Below, one piece after another: positions 1-9,812 of a stretch of 64,000 bases of DNA. The translations under genes were made by a program, and so were the position numbers. How positions within the stretch are numbered: position 1 is the first letter of the stretch; every line of letters starts with the position of its first letter. Source of the DNA: a virus (taxonomy: Duplodnaviria > Caudoviricetes). Where the stretch lies: IMG/VR virus record IMGVR_UViG_2630968332_000001, positions 32,001 to 96,000 of that record; one strand, 5' to 3'. The notes under the pieces were generated by a model. The model worked only from the letters and a program-made list of their open reading frames with translations, was not told the origin of the DNA and ran no database searches.

Positions 1-482
1 AGTACTTTGTATTAGATACGTTAAAGTTAGACAATGATACAGGTTCACATGTTAGTGATAAAAGTTGGTTAGTTATGCAACAAAACATGGTTAGATTGTA
101 TAACGTTATCAAGGAATCCAGCTTGAATGTTCATGTCTGGGTTACAGCTCAATTATCTAAAGGTGGACGCAATTCAAGATATTTAGACCAATCACAATTA
201 GGGGTTTCTAAAAATATCATTGACGTTGCCTCATCTGTTATGTTGGTTCGTGATGTAACTCAAAGTGAAAAAGACCCAGAGGCTAAGGCTTCTGAAAGAT
301 TAACGGTGCATAATGCAGCTGGATATGAAGTTGAATTACAACCAGAAGATGATTATGTGATTGTATTCTGGGACAAGAACCGTCAAGGGACAACTAATGA
401 ACAAGTTGTATTAAAGGTAAATCGAGGGTTAAACACCTTTACAGATGTAGGGACTTGTCGTTTGGATAGAGCATTGGTATAG
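1..482 (+). CDS. Replicative DnaB-like (SF4) helicase, C-terminal part (5' end outside window)
   Basis: Open frame from window start; motifs DTLK, TAQLSK, SKNIIDVAS, KNRQG resemble DnaB H2-H4 and the arginine finger. Confidence 0.75.
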   Translation, partial: YFVLDTLKLDNDTGSHVSDKSWLVMQQNMVRLYNVIKESSLNVHVWVTAQLSKGGRNSRYLDQSQLGVSKNIIDVASSVMLVRDVTQSEKDPEAKASERLTVHNAAGYEVELQPEDDYVIVFWDKNRQGTTNEQVVLKVNRGLNTFTDVGTCRLDRALV

Positions 483-489
483 GAAAATT

Positions 490-514
490 AGCACTCAAAA
501 ACGAGTGCTTTTTT
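490..514 (+). terminator. Rho-independent terminator
   Basis: AGCACTC-aaaaac-GAGTGCT followed by T run. Confidence 0.8.
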
Positions 515-526
515 CATATCTAATTA

Positions 527-590
527 TTGACTTAATATGTATATATGTTATAATGTAATAGTTAAGTTAAGTGTTTAGAGAATAAACAAA
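527..590 (+). promoter_or_regulatory. SigA-type promoter with conserved leader motif
   Basis: TTGACT 527-532, TGnTATAAT 546-554, then AGTTAAGTGTTTAGAGAATAAACAAA 565-590. Confidence 0.75.
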
Positions 591-624
591 TGACTTACAA
601 GCACGAAATAAGGAAGGTGATTTT

Positions 625-1119
625 CTGCTTAGTAACTCTTTCTACGAGCATTTAAAAAACGCAGAGTATAAGAACGGTTTAGATATTGAATGGACATTAG
701 ATGATAATGACCCAGACCTAGTATGGTGCAGAGAATATCTAAGCAATCGTTATTTCTATCAAAGATATTTCGCATTTGCAAATATGGTGATGGAGAACTT
801 AACTCTACGAACAAAACCAACTCTCAAGCAAGTCCTTTCTAAATTTGCTGGTAAAAAGACAGATGAGCCATTCATAAAGAAGTTGAAAACAGATAAACAC
901 TTCAAAGAATATGTAAGTCTTGTCAAAAAACACCAAAATCATTATGTATTATCTAGTTCGCTCGGTATAGATGATACTACTATCTTTTCTAGTAAGGCAA
1001 AAGCCCTTAAATATATCCGTACAAATAATTTACAAGGCTATATTCCTTACCCCTACACCAAGTTACTTTGCAAGAAATACTTGAGAGGAAGGGAGGATAT
1101 AGATGGAAATTGTAACTGA
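625..1119 (+). CDS. Hypothetical protein (probable CTG start at 625; track start 784)
   Basis: SD AAGGAAGGTG before CTG; open and in frame with ORF 784..1119. Confidence 0.6.
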   Translation: MLSNSFYEHLKNAEYKNGLDIEWTLDDNDPDLVWCREYLSNRYFYQRYFAFANMVMENLTLRTKPTLKQVLSKFAGKKTDEPFIKKLKTDKHFKEYVSLVKKHQNHYVLSSSLGIDDTTIFSSKAKALKYIRTNNLQGYIPYPYTKLLCKKYLRGREDIDGNCN

Positions 1120-1405
1120 TGAAGGTCGTGGAACTTTTAAGTTAAGACGTGATTTTAACATGGCAAAGTTCAAGTCGATTATTCATTATGAAATGTTCAC
1201 AACTCTTGACCTTAAAGAGTATCATCGTTCCAAAGGTGCTATATCAGCTGTTTTAAGTAAAGATGATGTGGACAGAGCTATTGAGTCTGGTAGACCGATT
1301 TTGGTTTATCACGAAACAAGTAATCATGTAGCAGACATGCTAGATTATTACAACGTTGATGACGCTCAAGCAATGCAAATAGTAAAGGCTGTGAAAAGTT
1401 CATGA
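1103..1405 (+). CDS. Hypothetical protein
   Basis: SD GGGAGG, coupled to neighbours. Confidence 0.7.
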   Translation: MEIVTDEGRGTFKLRRDFNMAKFKSIIHYEMFTTLDLKEYHRSKGAISAVLSKDDVDRAIESGRPILVYHETSNHVADMLDYYNVDDAQAMQIVKAVKSS

Positions 1406-3723
1406 GAGATGGAATTAAATTTGTAGGAACGCTTAATAACTATATTTTTTCTTCCAAAACAAGTGATTTTAAAATTGCTAGTATTAACGTTCTTGATGAG
1501 CTAGAAGGCTTATTCAGGTACAACAATTATGGCAATATCACTCTTAAAGGTGGTATGGAGCTACTACCGAAAACAGAGTATGAAATTGTTGCCTCATACA
1601 TTGTTGATAAGAAATATGGTGAGCAATATAATATCGAGTCATACAAGCGTACACGTGCTATTGAAGATATGAGTGTAGAAGACTTTAACGAGTTTATGGC
1701 TAGTCTAGGCAATAGTGCTGATAAGGTCGCTGAATACTTCGGTGAAAAGACTAAAGATATTATGAATAAAGCTCTTGAACAAAACGATACCAGTGAGCTT
1801 GAAAAGGTAAACGGTATTGGCAAGGTTAAGGCTTCAAAGATATTAGATAAGTATGGTAGCCAACGTGATTATAGTATGGCTATTGCAGTATTTGGTAAGT
1901 GGGGCTTTACTCATTCTAAGATTAAAACTATCGTTAACAAATATCGCAATCAAGATTTGGCTATTAAAAAGCTGAATGAAAATCCATACAATCTATATCT
2001 TGACCGTATTCCTGGCATAGGGTTTAAGACTATTGATAACAAAGCGTTAGAAAATGGTATTGCACCTAATGACAGAAGACGTGTGGAGGCTTATATCTAT
2101 AATTTCTTTGATGATTTAAGCATGTCTGGTGACTCATATATTCCTATTGAAAAGCTACGTAATCATCTACGTACAGAAGTCTACAATGCTGATTTAGATA
2201 GTGCTACTAACTTTATCTTAGGCAATGAAGACTTTAAGATATTCAAAAAAGATGGTGTTAATTGTGTAGCTTTAAGGGAAACATATGAACTTGAGAAGAA
2301 AACAGCTTATGAACTATTAAGGGTTCAAAATGCTTGGGATAGCAAAAAGAGTATTGATGATATTGATACCTACATATCAGAAGTTGAAAAGGAACAAGGC
2401 TGGAAGTATGGGAAGCAACAATTAGAAGCTATCCATACCATCGCCACAAATAATGTCTTCTTATTACAAGGTTATTCTGGTACGGGTAAATCATCTTTGC
2501 TTAAAGCAGTAGTAAGAGCTATGCAAGCTAACAACTTTACAATAGCTCAATGTGCTTTGTCTGGTAAGGCAGCAGATAACTTGACTAAAGTTACAGGGTT
2601 GCAAGGTATGACTATTCATAGGTTATTACAATACAATCCTAGTTCAGAATCCATGTTTAATTATTGGAAGAAGAACCCATTGCCTTACGATGTAATTATT
2701 TTAGATGAAGTTTCAATGGTTAGTTTAGACCTGTTTTATAGTCTGGTTAGTGCAATCAAAGATGGGGCTAAGTTAATCATGGTAGGTGACTCGGGTCAGC
2801 TTGACTCAATCGGTATCGGTGTTATGTCTGGTATTTTAGACTCGCAAGTTATTCCTACAATCACCTTAACTGAAATTCATAGACAAGCAGAAGAAAGTGC
2901 CATTATATCTCATTCTATTACGTATCGTAAAGGTGCTATGCCAAAGGAAGTAAACAAAGAAGGCTTATTCCTATGCGGCACTAAAAAGGACTTAGTATAT
3001 AAGTTACTCGAGAATGAGAAGGAACATGATAATCAAGGTAAAGTGGTAGATAATCTAATTCCTAATGCTTTAGTCTTTTTCAAGAAAGCCTTGAGCAAGT
3101 ATAACGTGAAGGATATTCAGATTATCACACAAACTACAAAGAATTGTAATGCGTTAAATGCCCTTTGCCAACAGATTGCTAATCCTAAGAATAGGGAAAA
3201 AGAAGAGTATGTCGTTTCATTCCAAAACAAAGATGATGATTATGTTTTACGTGTAGGTGATAAGGTCATCAATACAGTAAACAATAGACGCACTGTTTCT
3301 GCTGAAAAAGGTAATGCTATCACACCTATCTATAATGGTAACACTGGAATAATCGAGTCTATTACAAAGCAAGTTGACGAAGATGGCGATGAATATATCG
3401 AGTCTGTAATTAACTTTGATGGTATCGGCAGAGTGCTTTTGGACAGTGGTGATTTAAGAAGTATTAGACTTGGTTATGCAATTACAGTACATAAGTCACA
3501 GGGTTCAACTATCCCATGTGTAATTGTGGTATTACCATTCCAATTCATGTTGAACAGTCGTGAGTTGGTTTATACAGCTATTACACGTACAAGTGAATTA
3601 TGTTTTGTAATATCTAGTTATGCTACTTTGGCTAAGGCTATTAAGAAGTCTACAAACAAGGTGCATAAGACAAATCTATCTGCATTCATGTCTTTGGAAG
3701 CTAGAAAGCGAGGTGATATTTAG
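1402..3723 (+). CDS. recD2: RecD2/TraA-family SF1B DNA helicase
   Basis: HhH (VNGIGKVKA, IPGIGFKT), Walker A GYSGTGKS, DEVSMV, GDSGQL, YAITVHKSQGS, YTAITR. Confidence 0.92.
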   Translation: MRDGIKFVGTLNNYIFSSKTSDFKIASINVLDELEGLFRYNNYGNITLKGGMELLPKTEYEIVASYIVDKKYGEQYNIESYKRTRAIEDMSVEDFNEFMASLGNSADKVAEYFGEKTKDIMNKALEQNDTSELEKVNGIGKVKASKILDKYGSQRDYSMAIAVFGKWGFTHSKIKTIVNKYRNQDLAIKKLNENPYNLYLDRIPGIGFKTIDNKALENGIAPNDRRRVEAYIYNFFDDLSMSGDSYIPIEKLRNHLRTEVYNADLDSATNFILGNEDFKIFKKDGVNCVALRETYELEKKTAYELLRVQNAWDSKKSIDDIDTYISEVEKEQGWKYGKQQLEAIHTIATNNVFLLQGYSGTGKSSLLKAVVRAMQANNFTIAQCALSGKAADNLTKVTGLQGMTIHRLLQYNPSSESMFNYWKKNPLPYDVIILDEVSMVSLDLFYSLVSAIKDGAKLIMVGDSGQLDSIGIGVMSGILDSQVIPTITLTEIHRQAEESAIISHSITYRKGAMPKEVNKEGLFLCGTKKDLVYKLLENEKEHDNQGKVVDNLIPNALVFFKKALSKYNVKDIQIITQTTKNCNALNALCQQIANPKNREKEEYVVSFQNKDDDYVLRVGDKVINTVNNRRTVSAEKGNAITPIYNGNTGIIESITKQVDEDGDEYIESVINFDGIGRVLLDSGDLRSIRLGYAITVHKSQGSTIPCVIVVLPFQFMLNSRELVYTAITRTSELCFVISSYATLAKAIKKSTNKVHKTNLSAFMSLEARKRGDI

Positions 3724-4106
3724 TGACAAAACCATATCGTTGGTATAAAGGTGAGCCTGTTATCATGAAGAGAGTCTATTACATAGGCAATCAAATGTTT
3801 ACTAGGTTGGAACACTTCTATACTAAGAAAGTAATTCCAGCAGTTGATGTTCATGAAGTTAAAGATACTCGTGAAGAAAGCCTAGAAATCGCTAGTGATT
3901 TACAGGAAGAACCAAAGCAAGAAGAACAAACACAAGTCAATAAGATTAAATTTACTGACACAGATGGTAATGAAAGTGTGTTTGAAGAAAACAGCGAAGA
4001 ATACCAAAAGTTTGTTGATGATAACAAGCTAAAAGATGAGTTTATTGGACGTGTCTTAGATGGCAAAATCAATAAACATAAAGGTTTTAATATCGAACGT
4101 GTATAG
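3723..4106 (+). CDS. Hypothetical protein
   Basis: ORF coupled to recD2 stop. Confidence 0.7.
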   Translation: MTKPYRWYKGEPVIMKRVYYIGNQMFTRLEHFYTKKVIPAVDVHEVKDTREESLEIASDLQEEPKQEEQTQVNKIKFTDTDGNESVFEENSEEYQKFVDDNKLKDEFIGRVLDGKINKHKGFNIERV

Positions 4107-4139
4107 CCTTAACATTCGGGAAGTGTGCAAGGGTATGTA

Positions 4140-4286
4140 ATGTTTGATGATTATGAAACTTCTGAATTATTAGATATACTCAATTACATTTTACGTTCTG
4201 GAAGATGGAAAGAGTTGGAGTATGTCTATTCAGAGTTAGTTTTAGAACTACGAAAGCGTAGTGAATTGATGGGTATGATTTATTAA
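4140..4286 (+). CDS. Small hypothetical protein (48 aa, MFDDYETSELL...)
   Basis: Read manually; ends before hairpin at ~4300. Confidence 0.5.
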   Translation: MFDDYETSELLDILNYILRSGRWKELEYVYSELVLELRKRSELMGMIY

Positions 4287-4289
4287 AAG

Positions 4290-4460
4290 GTATAAAAATA
4301 GGATAGCCTTATCAGAATCAGCTATCCTAGAACCTCGTGAGTGTACCGACCTTTTTTAATTCCGAATATTAGGTTTACAGGATGGAAGTAAGAAAGGTGT
4401 TTTTGACATTTTTCGTTTCAGTTTCAGTATGTTAAAACAATTAGAGGTACACTCGGTTCA
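4290..4460 (-). ncRNA. Candidate small RNA
   Basis: Minus-strand TATAAT at ~4466-4471, 9-bp stem GAGTGTACC/GGTACACTC, terminator AGGATAGC..GCTATCCT plus T run; no ORF. Confidence 0.45.
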
Positions 4461-4576
4461 TACCTATTATACCTTAAATTCATTACGTTTTCTATAACAA
4501 ATTAAGAAGCGATGTTAATCGTGGATAAGCAAGTCGTAAGACTGAAAGCTAAAGAGAAGAAAGAGGTTGAATTATT

Positions 4577-5344
4577 TTGGAAAACAATACAATAGATAAG
4601 TTTGATAACACAGGTGCATGGTATAACGTGTTGAAACCAACATGGTATGTAGAACAAATGAAAGGCTGGTCTTTTCCTAGCTACATGCTGTTGATGTTTG
4701 GTTTGGGTGCAATTATTGGTATGACAGCTGCTAGTGGTATCAATGGTATCTCAATTTTAACTTTGTTGGCTGGTACATTAGGTTTCACATGTACTATTTC
4801 TATCACAAACGCTAAACCATTAAACGGTATTTTTGGTTTGGTTAGTGCTTTGATTTACATTACAGTAGCTATTCATGCTAAGAACTTCAATGATGTTTTA
4901 TTGCAAACTGTTTATATCCTGTTATTAGACTTACCAGTATTGCTTATGCCATCTTGGGCAAAGAACGTTGAAGAAAAGGTGCGTTTCTTACATGAAGGTG
5001 GTAAAGGTAAGCGTAATTGGTTATTAACATTAGTATTCTTTGTAGTGGTTGCTTTGGTATTGTACTACTCAGATACACATTGGTTCATTAGCCCACGTCC
5101 AGTTGTAGATAGTGTGGCAGCGGCTATTGGTATCACAGGTGCTATGTTAACTACATTACGTTTCTCAGAAAGTTATTATTTCTGGATTGCACAAGGTCTT
5201 TCTTCTGTTGTTTTATGGGGAATTACCGCAGCAAGTGGAGCAGTTAACTGGGTATTATTCGTAACATACCTATTGTACTTATCTAATGACGCAGTTGCAT
5301 TATTCGATAAGAAAATTAGCTGGTTTCACCATAATAATAAATAA
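4577..5344 (+). CDS. pnuC: PnuC-family (nicotinamide riboside/nucleoside) transporter
   Basis: Multi-TM protein with PnuC-like motifs (NGIFGLVSA, LQTVY, PVVDS, ESYYFW). Confidence 0.8.
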   Translation: MENNTIDKFDNTGAWYNVLKPTWYVEQMKGWSFPSYMLLMFGLGAIIGMTAASGINGISILTLLAGTLGFTCTISITNAKPLNGIFGLVSALIYITVAIHAKNFNDVLLQTVYILLLDLPVLLMPSWAKNVEEKVRFLHEGGKGKRNWLLTLVFFVVVALVLYYSDTHWFISPRPVVDSVAAAIGITGAMLTTLRFSESYYFWIAQGLSSVVLWGITAASGAVNWVLFVTYLLYLSNDAVALFDKKISWFHHNNK

Positions 5345-5448
5345 GACTTCCAAATGCTAAAAGAATAATGGTTGTTGTAGACTGGTTTTCCAGTCTTTTA
5401 GAAGCGGTAGATAATAAGCTACTGTTTCTAAAAGGGGGGGGAAAGAGG

Positions 5449-5676
5449 ATGAATAATACGGAAAGAGAAAAACGCAACAGACTTATCGGTGTGTTTTTAA
5501 CTATCATCGGGTTTATTGTCGGAAACATATATGTAGCATTATTTGCTATGTATTGGGGTACAAGTCGAGTAGCAAGCGGATTGTTGCTAATAAATGGTTT
5601 TTTCGTTTTTGTACCTTCATTCTTTTGCTTCGTAGCTGGATTGGTTACGATGATAATTCTGTTAGATTGGCGATAA
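5449..5676 (+). CDS. Small membrane protein
   Basis: Two hydrophobic segments; ATG after purine-rich SD. Confidence 0.55.
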   Translation: MNNTEREKRNRLIGVFLTIIGFIVGNIYVALFAMYWGTSRVASGLLLINGFFVFVPSFFCFVAGLVTMIILLDWR

Positions 5677-5692
5677 AAAGGAAGTGATATAG

Positions 5693-5872
5693 ATGGAAGT
5701 ATTAAAACTATTCGTAGGAACTTGTGCCTTCACATTGGCTTTCCTTTTCCTGTACATATCGAGTAGAGCATTCATGGTAGGTATGTTTGTTATTGGCTTC
5801 ATGTCTGCATTAATTGTAATAGGCATGGGTCATCTATCATATTCAATGTTCATAGATTTGTTTGAAGAATAA
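5693..5872 (+). CDS. Small membrane protein (59 aa, MEVLKLFVG...)
   Basis: Read manually; SD AGGAAGTG; hydrophobic. Confidence 0.55.
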   Translation: MEVLKLFVGTCAFTLAFLFLYISSRAFMVGMFVIGFMSALIVIGMGHLSYSMFIDLFEE

Positions 5873-6098
5873 AGGAGTGGTATTCATAGTAGGAAAGATG
5901 CTTGATGGAATATTATTAGGGCTATTAACGGTTGTGTATTTAGTTCTACTAGCTTGTGTAATATATTTCTTCCCACATGTAATCCATGTATGTCTTGGGG
6001 TTGGTTGGTTGATATTATATTGGCTATTCTTTGGCATACAAACTACGCTTGGTTTAGTTGTAGTGCTGCTAATTATTATAGATAGCTTAGGTGATTAG
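5862..6098 (+). CDS. Small membrane protein (start uncertain)
   Basis: Hydrophobic ORF; SD AAGGAG inside the 5' end suggests a later start. Confidence 0.55.
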   Translation: MKNKGVVFIVGKMLDGILLGLLTVVYLVLLACVIYFFPHVIHVCLGVGWLILYWLFFGIQTTLGLVVVLLIIIDSLGD

Positions 6099-6158
6099 TT
6101 CAATGCGACTATAATAGATTGAGATAAATAAATGTGTTAGCAGAGGAGGGGAAGTACA

Positions 6159-6536
6159 TTGTTTGTAATGCTTGTATTTTCATGTTCTTTATATTATATT
6201 TTTATGCCACTATTGTTTTCAGCTGTGATATTAACGGGGAATGTGGGACAAGGAGTTTTGATTTTTTATATATGGACTATAATGCAGCCAATAGTATGGA
6301 CGATTATAGGTTCTTTTATGGGGTCTAAATTCTTTTTAATCGGTAAAATCCTAGAAGGCGACTTTGAAAAATTGTGGGGTTTACTTGCTAGTATTTTGCT
6401 AGTGGTTATGTGGTACACAGTTGTTCCATATTGTTTATGGCATTTGACATTGTGCTACCCAACTTGGTGGGTGTGTGTAATCTGGTGGTTGTGGGGTACT
6501 ACCCCAACCATAATGACTGTTATAACGGAGGAATAA
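6159..6536 (+). CDS. Membrane protein
   Basis: SD GAGGAGG; several TM segments. Confidence 0.6.
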   Translation: MFVMLVFSCSLYYIFMPLLFSAVILTGNVGQGVLIFYIWTIMQPIVWTIIGSFMGSKFFLIGKILEGDFEKLWGLLASILLVVMWYTVVPYCLWHLTLCYPTWWVCVIWWLWGTTPTIMTVITEE

Positions 6537-6538
6537 AC

Positions 6539-6952
6539 ATGACATTACAATTAGGTAATTTTGATGGTCTGATGATAAATAATAGATACGAATATCATTA
6601 TTGTATAGTTGCTTATATTAAAAGTGGATTGAATGACGCATATATTGCTCAGTACACTTACTTCGATGGTTTCTTTGAATTAGAAAAAGGGTATAAGAAA
6701 ATCGTTGACGCATTAGAAGGTCGTAGTAAATGGGTTAATACCGAGGCTGGAGTTTTTAGTGTAGAAGATATTGAACATATTGCTCCAGTGGTTGCCTATA
6801 ATGTCCCATCTGACGAATTTGACGAGGGGACATACAAAAAATGTTTGGACTTTAATGTGAGTAAAGGTGACGCTTTTGATGGTCGATACAATCATGTTAA
6901 ACACGTTCCTATTGATTTGATACGTGCTAGTGAAAGACAAGCACACGAATAA
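6539..6952 (+). CDS. Hypothetical protein (MTLQLG...)
   Basis: SD GGAGGA before ATG 6539 within ORF 6410..6952. Confidence 0.65.
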   Translation: MTLQLGNFDGLMINNRYEYHYCIVAYIKSGLNDAYIAQYTYFDGFFELEKGYKKIVDALEGRSKWVNTEAGVFSVEDIEHIAPVVAYNVPSDEFDEGTYKKCLDFNVSKGDAFDGRYNHVKHVPIDLIRASERQAHE

Positions 6953-6978
6953 AATGGATATTTTATAAGGAGAAATTA

Positions 6979-7248
6979 ATGGAAATAATAGACATGCGTA
7001 GCAATAGTGTTGATAAAAATATCAAAATCGGTGACGTTTTAGAGATAATTCACCCAGAAGACCATAGGCATGAATATTGGTTTGTAGGTTATAACGAAGG
7101 ACTAAGTAATAAAGGTAAGTATTCGCTTGTGAACTTAGAAACTGGTGTGGCATTATTAGCACCAGACCTTGACTCAGCACTTAAATACTATTGCTTAGGC
7201 TGTGATATTAGGGTGGTAGATACAGAACTACATATTATTAATGATTAG
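6979..7248 (+). CDS. Small paralog family protein 1
   Basis: IGDVLEI...YSLVNLETG motif shared with the next four ORFs. Confidence 0.7.
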   Translation: MEIIDMRSNSVDKNIKIGDVLEIIHPEDHRHEYWFVGYNEGLSNKGKYSLVNLETGVALLAPDLDSALKYYCLGCDIRVVDTELHIIND

Positions 7249-7259
7249 GAGGAGTAAGT

Positions 7260-7544
7260 ATGGAAATTGTAAAAGGTTTAAAGCGTAACAAGATTATTGG
7301 GTCTGGTGACGTAATCAAAATCTTGTTTTCCGACATCGAAAACGAAGAGTCTTTGGTCGTTGAAAGACGAGAATGTTATGTCATAGTAGTATATGACCCT
7401 GGTGTAGGTAAGTATCATCTGGTTAATTTAGAATCTGGTAGTATCGTGTTTTCAATAGATTTTGATAAAGATATTTGTGATGAATTAAACACTTGTGTTG
7501 ATACGTGGGAATTTGTAGACGCTGAATTGAATGTATCTAAGTAG
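7260..7544 (+). CDS. Small paralog family protein 2
   Basis: SGDVIKI...YHLVNLESG; SD GGAGGAG. Confidence 0.7.
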   Translation: MEIVKGLKRNKIIGSGDVIKILFSDIENEESLVVERRECYVIVVYDPGVGKYHLVNLESGSIVFSIDFDKDICDELNTCVDTWEFVDAELNVSK

Positions 7545-7554
7545 AGGTGTAAGT

Positions 7555-7812
7555 ATGTCAATACGTAGAAATGTGAATGTAATAAAGAGCCTTAAAAGTG
7601 GAGATATAATCGACCTCGGTTTAAACGGGCATAACGAATACTATATAGTAGCGTACCAAGCGGTTGGTGGAAAATATTGTTTAACCAGTTTGCAAGATGG
7701 CTACACAAGTGTATATGGGGATAGCCTAGCATATATTGAAGATTTCTTGCGTAGCTTGGGTTATGAAATTATAGAAGATACAGAAACAAAAGAGTTTGAA
7801 TTTAGTTTTTAG
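7555..7812 (+). CDS. Small paralog family protein 3
   Basis: SGDIIDL...YCLTSLQDG; SD GAGGTG. Confidence 0.65.
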   Translation: MSIRRNVNVIKSLKSGDIIDLGLNGHNEYYIVAYQAVGGKYCLTSLQDGYTSVYGDSLAYIEDFLRSLGYEIIEDTETKEFEFSF

Positions 7813-7825
7813 GAGGTATTGGATA

Positions 7826-8113
7826 ATGAAGATTAAAGAGATATTCGATAATTATGATGTCCAAGTAGGCGATATTATTCATATCAAAGATTATGATAAC
7901 TATTTCATGCTTTCATTTTATGATGGCGGCTATGAGAAGTTTGCGTGTGTTGTTGACTTGGACACTGGAAATGTTGGTAAGGACACTTGGGTAGGTGATG
8001 GCGAAGACTACTTTATCGAAATATTCTCTAATTTTGATTGCGAATTGGTTGGTAAGCATACGATTGAAAGAAGAATAGCCAGAAAAGAGGGAGAAGACAA
8101 TGACGAAGATTAA
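7826..8113 (+). CDS. Small paralog family protein 4
   Basis: VGDIIHI...CVVDLDTG; SD GGAGGT. Confidence 0.65.
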   Translation: MKIKEIFDNYDVQVGDIIHIKDYDNYFMLSFYDGGYEKFACVVDLDTGNVGKDTWVGDGEDYFIEIFSNFDCELVGKHTIERRIARKEGEDNDED

Positions 8114-8208
8114 AGAAAGTAAAGATTGCTTTAAGTCTACTGTTACAAAAGAAGGTCGTAAGAGTACAGTAGTATTTACAACAAATTGCATAAATGTGGT
8201 GTTAAGCA

Positions 8209-8475
8209 ATGACAATTAAAGAGATAATTAACGAGTATGGTTTACGTTTCGGCGATATAATCTACGATAGAGATAACGATAGCTTCTACATGTTTACGTT
8301 GGAAACAAACAATTCATGCGTTGTTAATCTTCATAATGGGCATATTCATATACATTATTGGGAGCATGATGTTAAAGAAACTGCGTTAAGGTTCTTTGAT
8401 AACAAGAATTGCGTACTCATTAACAAGAGTTCACTTTTAAAAGGTGCAACTAACATGGGGGGAGGAGTTCTATGA
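8209..8475 (+). CDS. Small paralog family protein 5
   Basis: FGDIIYD...CVVNLHNG; N-terminus IKEI shared with previous ORF. Confidence 0.65.
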   Translation: MTIKEIINEYGLRFGDIIYDRDNDSFYMFTLETNNSCVVNLHNGHIHIHYWEHDVKETALRFFDNKNCVLINKSSLLKGATNMGGGVL

Positions 8476-8624
8476 GAGTATGGAAAATTCTAACAACAAT
8501 AGTATTCATATTAATAACTGTAGGCATAGCTTTCTCAGAAATAGACATGGCAATGAAAATTTCAGCTGCAATGTTGGTTCTTATTTATTGGGAACTCGTG
8601 GACATTTCTGAGAAACTTGGATAG
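8472..8624 (+). CDS. Small membrane protein (50 aa)
   Basis: Read manually; SD GGAGGAG; two hydrophobic segments. Confidence 0.55.
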   Translation: MRVWKILTTIVFILITVGIAFSEIDMAMKISAAMLVLIYWELVDISEKLG

Positions 8625-8636
8625 GAGGAATAGCTC

Positions 8637-9047
8637 ATGGATAGACCATTGCAAAACATAAACGACATAGATGAATCTAAAATTATCGAAGTCTATGATA
8701 ATCTATTGTGGTATAAATTGCCATTAGATAATGGATGGACATCTTATACGCTGCGTGCGGTAGATTGTATGCACGATAACGTGGAAATCTATAACAAGGA
8801 TAATGTCTATTCTGACGATGGCTATACCCTCGGTGTTAATTTCTCACATATTCCTTCTGAACGCTATGACGAACTACGTCCCATTGTTAAATGGTATGGC
8901 TGCAAGATTGAAGACGATGGGGAAGTTGTATTAAACACTAATAAGATGAGATTTGGGAATCCATTGTTGAACATGACGTTAGCCCTTAGTACAATCGAAA
9001 ACTATTTTGAATTTAGTGGTAAGAAGGGAGATTATCCGTACAAATGA
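8637..9047 (+). CDS. Hypothetical protein (possibly DUF1828-like)
   Basis: SD AGGAGG; SDDGYTL motif. Confidence 0.6.
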   Translation: MDRPLQNINDIDESKIIEVYDNLLWYKLPLDNGWTSYTLRAVDCMHDNVEIYNKDNVYSDDGYTLGVNFSHIPSERYDELRPIVKWYGCKIEDDGEVVLNTNKMRFGNPLLNMTLALSTIENYFEFSGKKGDYPYK

Positions 9048-9418
9048 CAAGTGCTGAAAGAGAGTTTAATAAATCAGTACGTAGATTAGACATGTACTTA
9101 GAAGATGGTAATATGGTCTCTGCTGACATTGAACTAAAATCTATGCGTAGAGTATATGATGAAATGAAGAAACTAGAAAGTCATAGTGTTACCTTCTGGC
9201 TTTTTGTTACAGCAGCTCTAGTTGTGTATATTGGTATGGGGTGGGGTAAGTATGAAATACCAACTATGCTAATGACAGGGCTAGAGGCAATATCATTTGC
9301 TTTGATGACTTATGTTTCTAATATAGTAGACAATTTCATTGATAATATCGAATACTGGGAAGACAAGTATAATCTGCATAAGGAGGTGAATAGACGAGTT
9401 GACAACAGTATCAACTAA
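9044..9418 (+). CDS. Membrane protein
   Basis: Two TM segments. Confidence 0.6.
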   Translation: MTSAEREFNKSVRRLDMYLEDGNMVSADIELKSMRRVYDEMKKLESHSVTFWLFVTAALVVYIGMGWGKYEIPTMLMTGLEAISFALMTYVSNIVDNFIDNIEYWEDKYNLHKEVNRRVDNSIN

Positions 9419-9659
9419 CAATGTAGTAACAGTATATACTAAGAATAATTGTCAGCAATGCAAAATGACAAAGAGAAAGTTGCAAGCTATGGGAGTTGAT
9501 TATCACGAATATAACGTAGATAACGACCCTAAAGCACTAGAATACCTATTAGAGAAAGGTTGGACTAGCTTACCTGTTGTAGTTACAGAAGATGATGTTT
9601 GGATGGGGCTGCGAATGGATAAGTTAAACAATCTTCAAAAAAAGATGAAGATTTCTTAG
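9399..9659 (+). CDS. nrdH: NrdH-like glutaredoxin
   Basis: VYTKNNCQQCKMTKR, SLPVV, W.G.R.D. Confidence 0.88.
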   Translation: MTTVSTNNVVTVYTKNNCQQCKMTKRKLQAMGVDYHEYNVDNDPKALEYLLEKGWTSLPVVVTEDDVWMGLRMDKLNNLQKKMKIS

Positions 9660-9667
9660 TTTTTCTG

Positions 9668-9731
9668 TTGACTTTTATTTTTTATATGGTATTATAATAT
9701 ATGTAAGTTAAGAGTTAAGAGAATAAACGAA
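9668..9731 (+). promoter_or_regulatory. Strong promoter of the RNA island with conserved leader motif
   Basis: TTGACT 9668-9673, TGgTATTATAAT 9687-9698, AGTTAAGAGTTAAGAGAATAAACGAA 9706-9731. Confidence 0.75.
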
Positions 9732-9812
9732 TAACTCAAAGCTACAACAAAACAATTAAATAAATCTGTTAAATATGTTGAACTTAATGTAATTGTCCTT
9801 ACGTGAGTCAAC

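Noticed and set aside
4505-4550. NAD+-II-type riboswitch upstream of pnuC
   Set aside because: Only a GNRA hairpin (AGTC-GTAA-GACT) and weak resemblance; cannot be supported without an Rfam scan.
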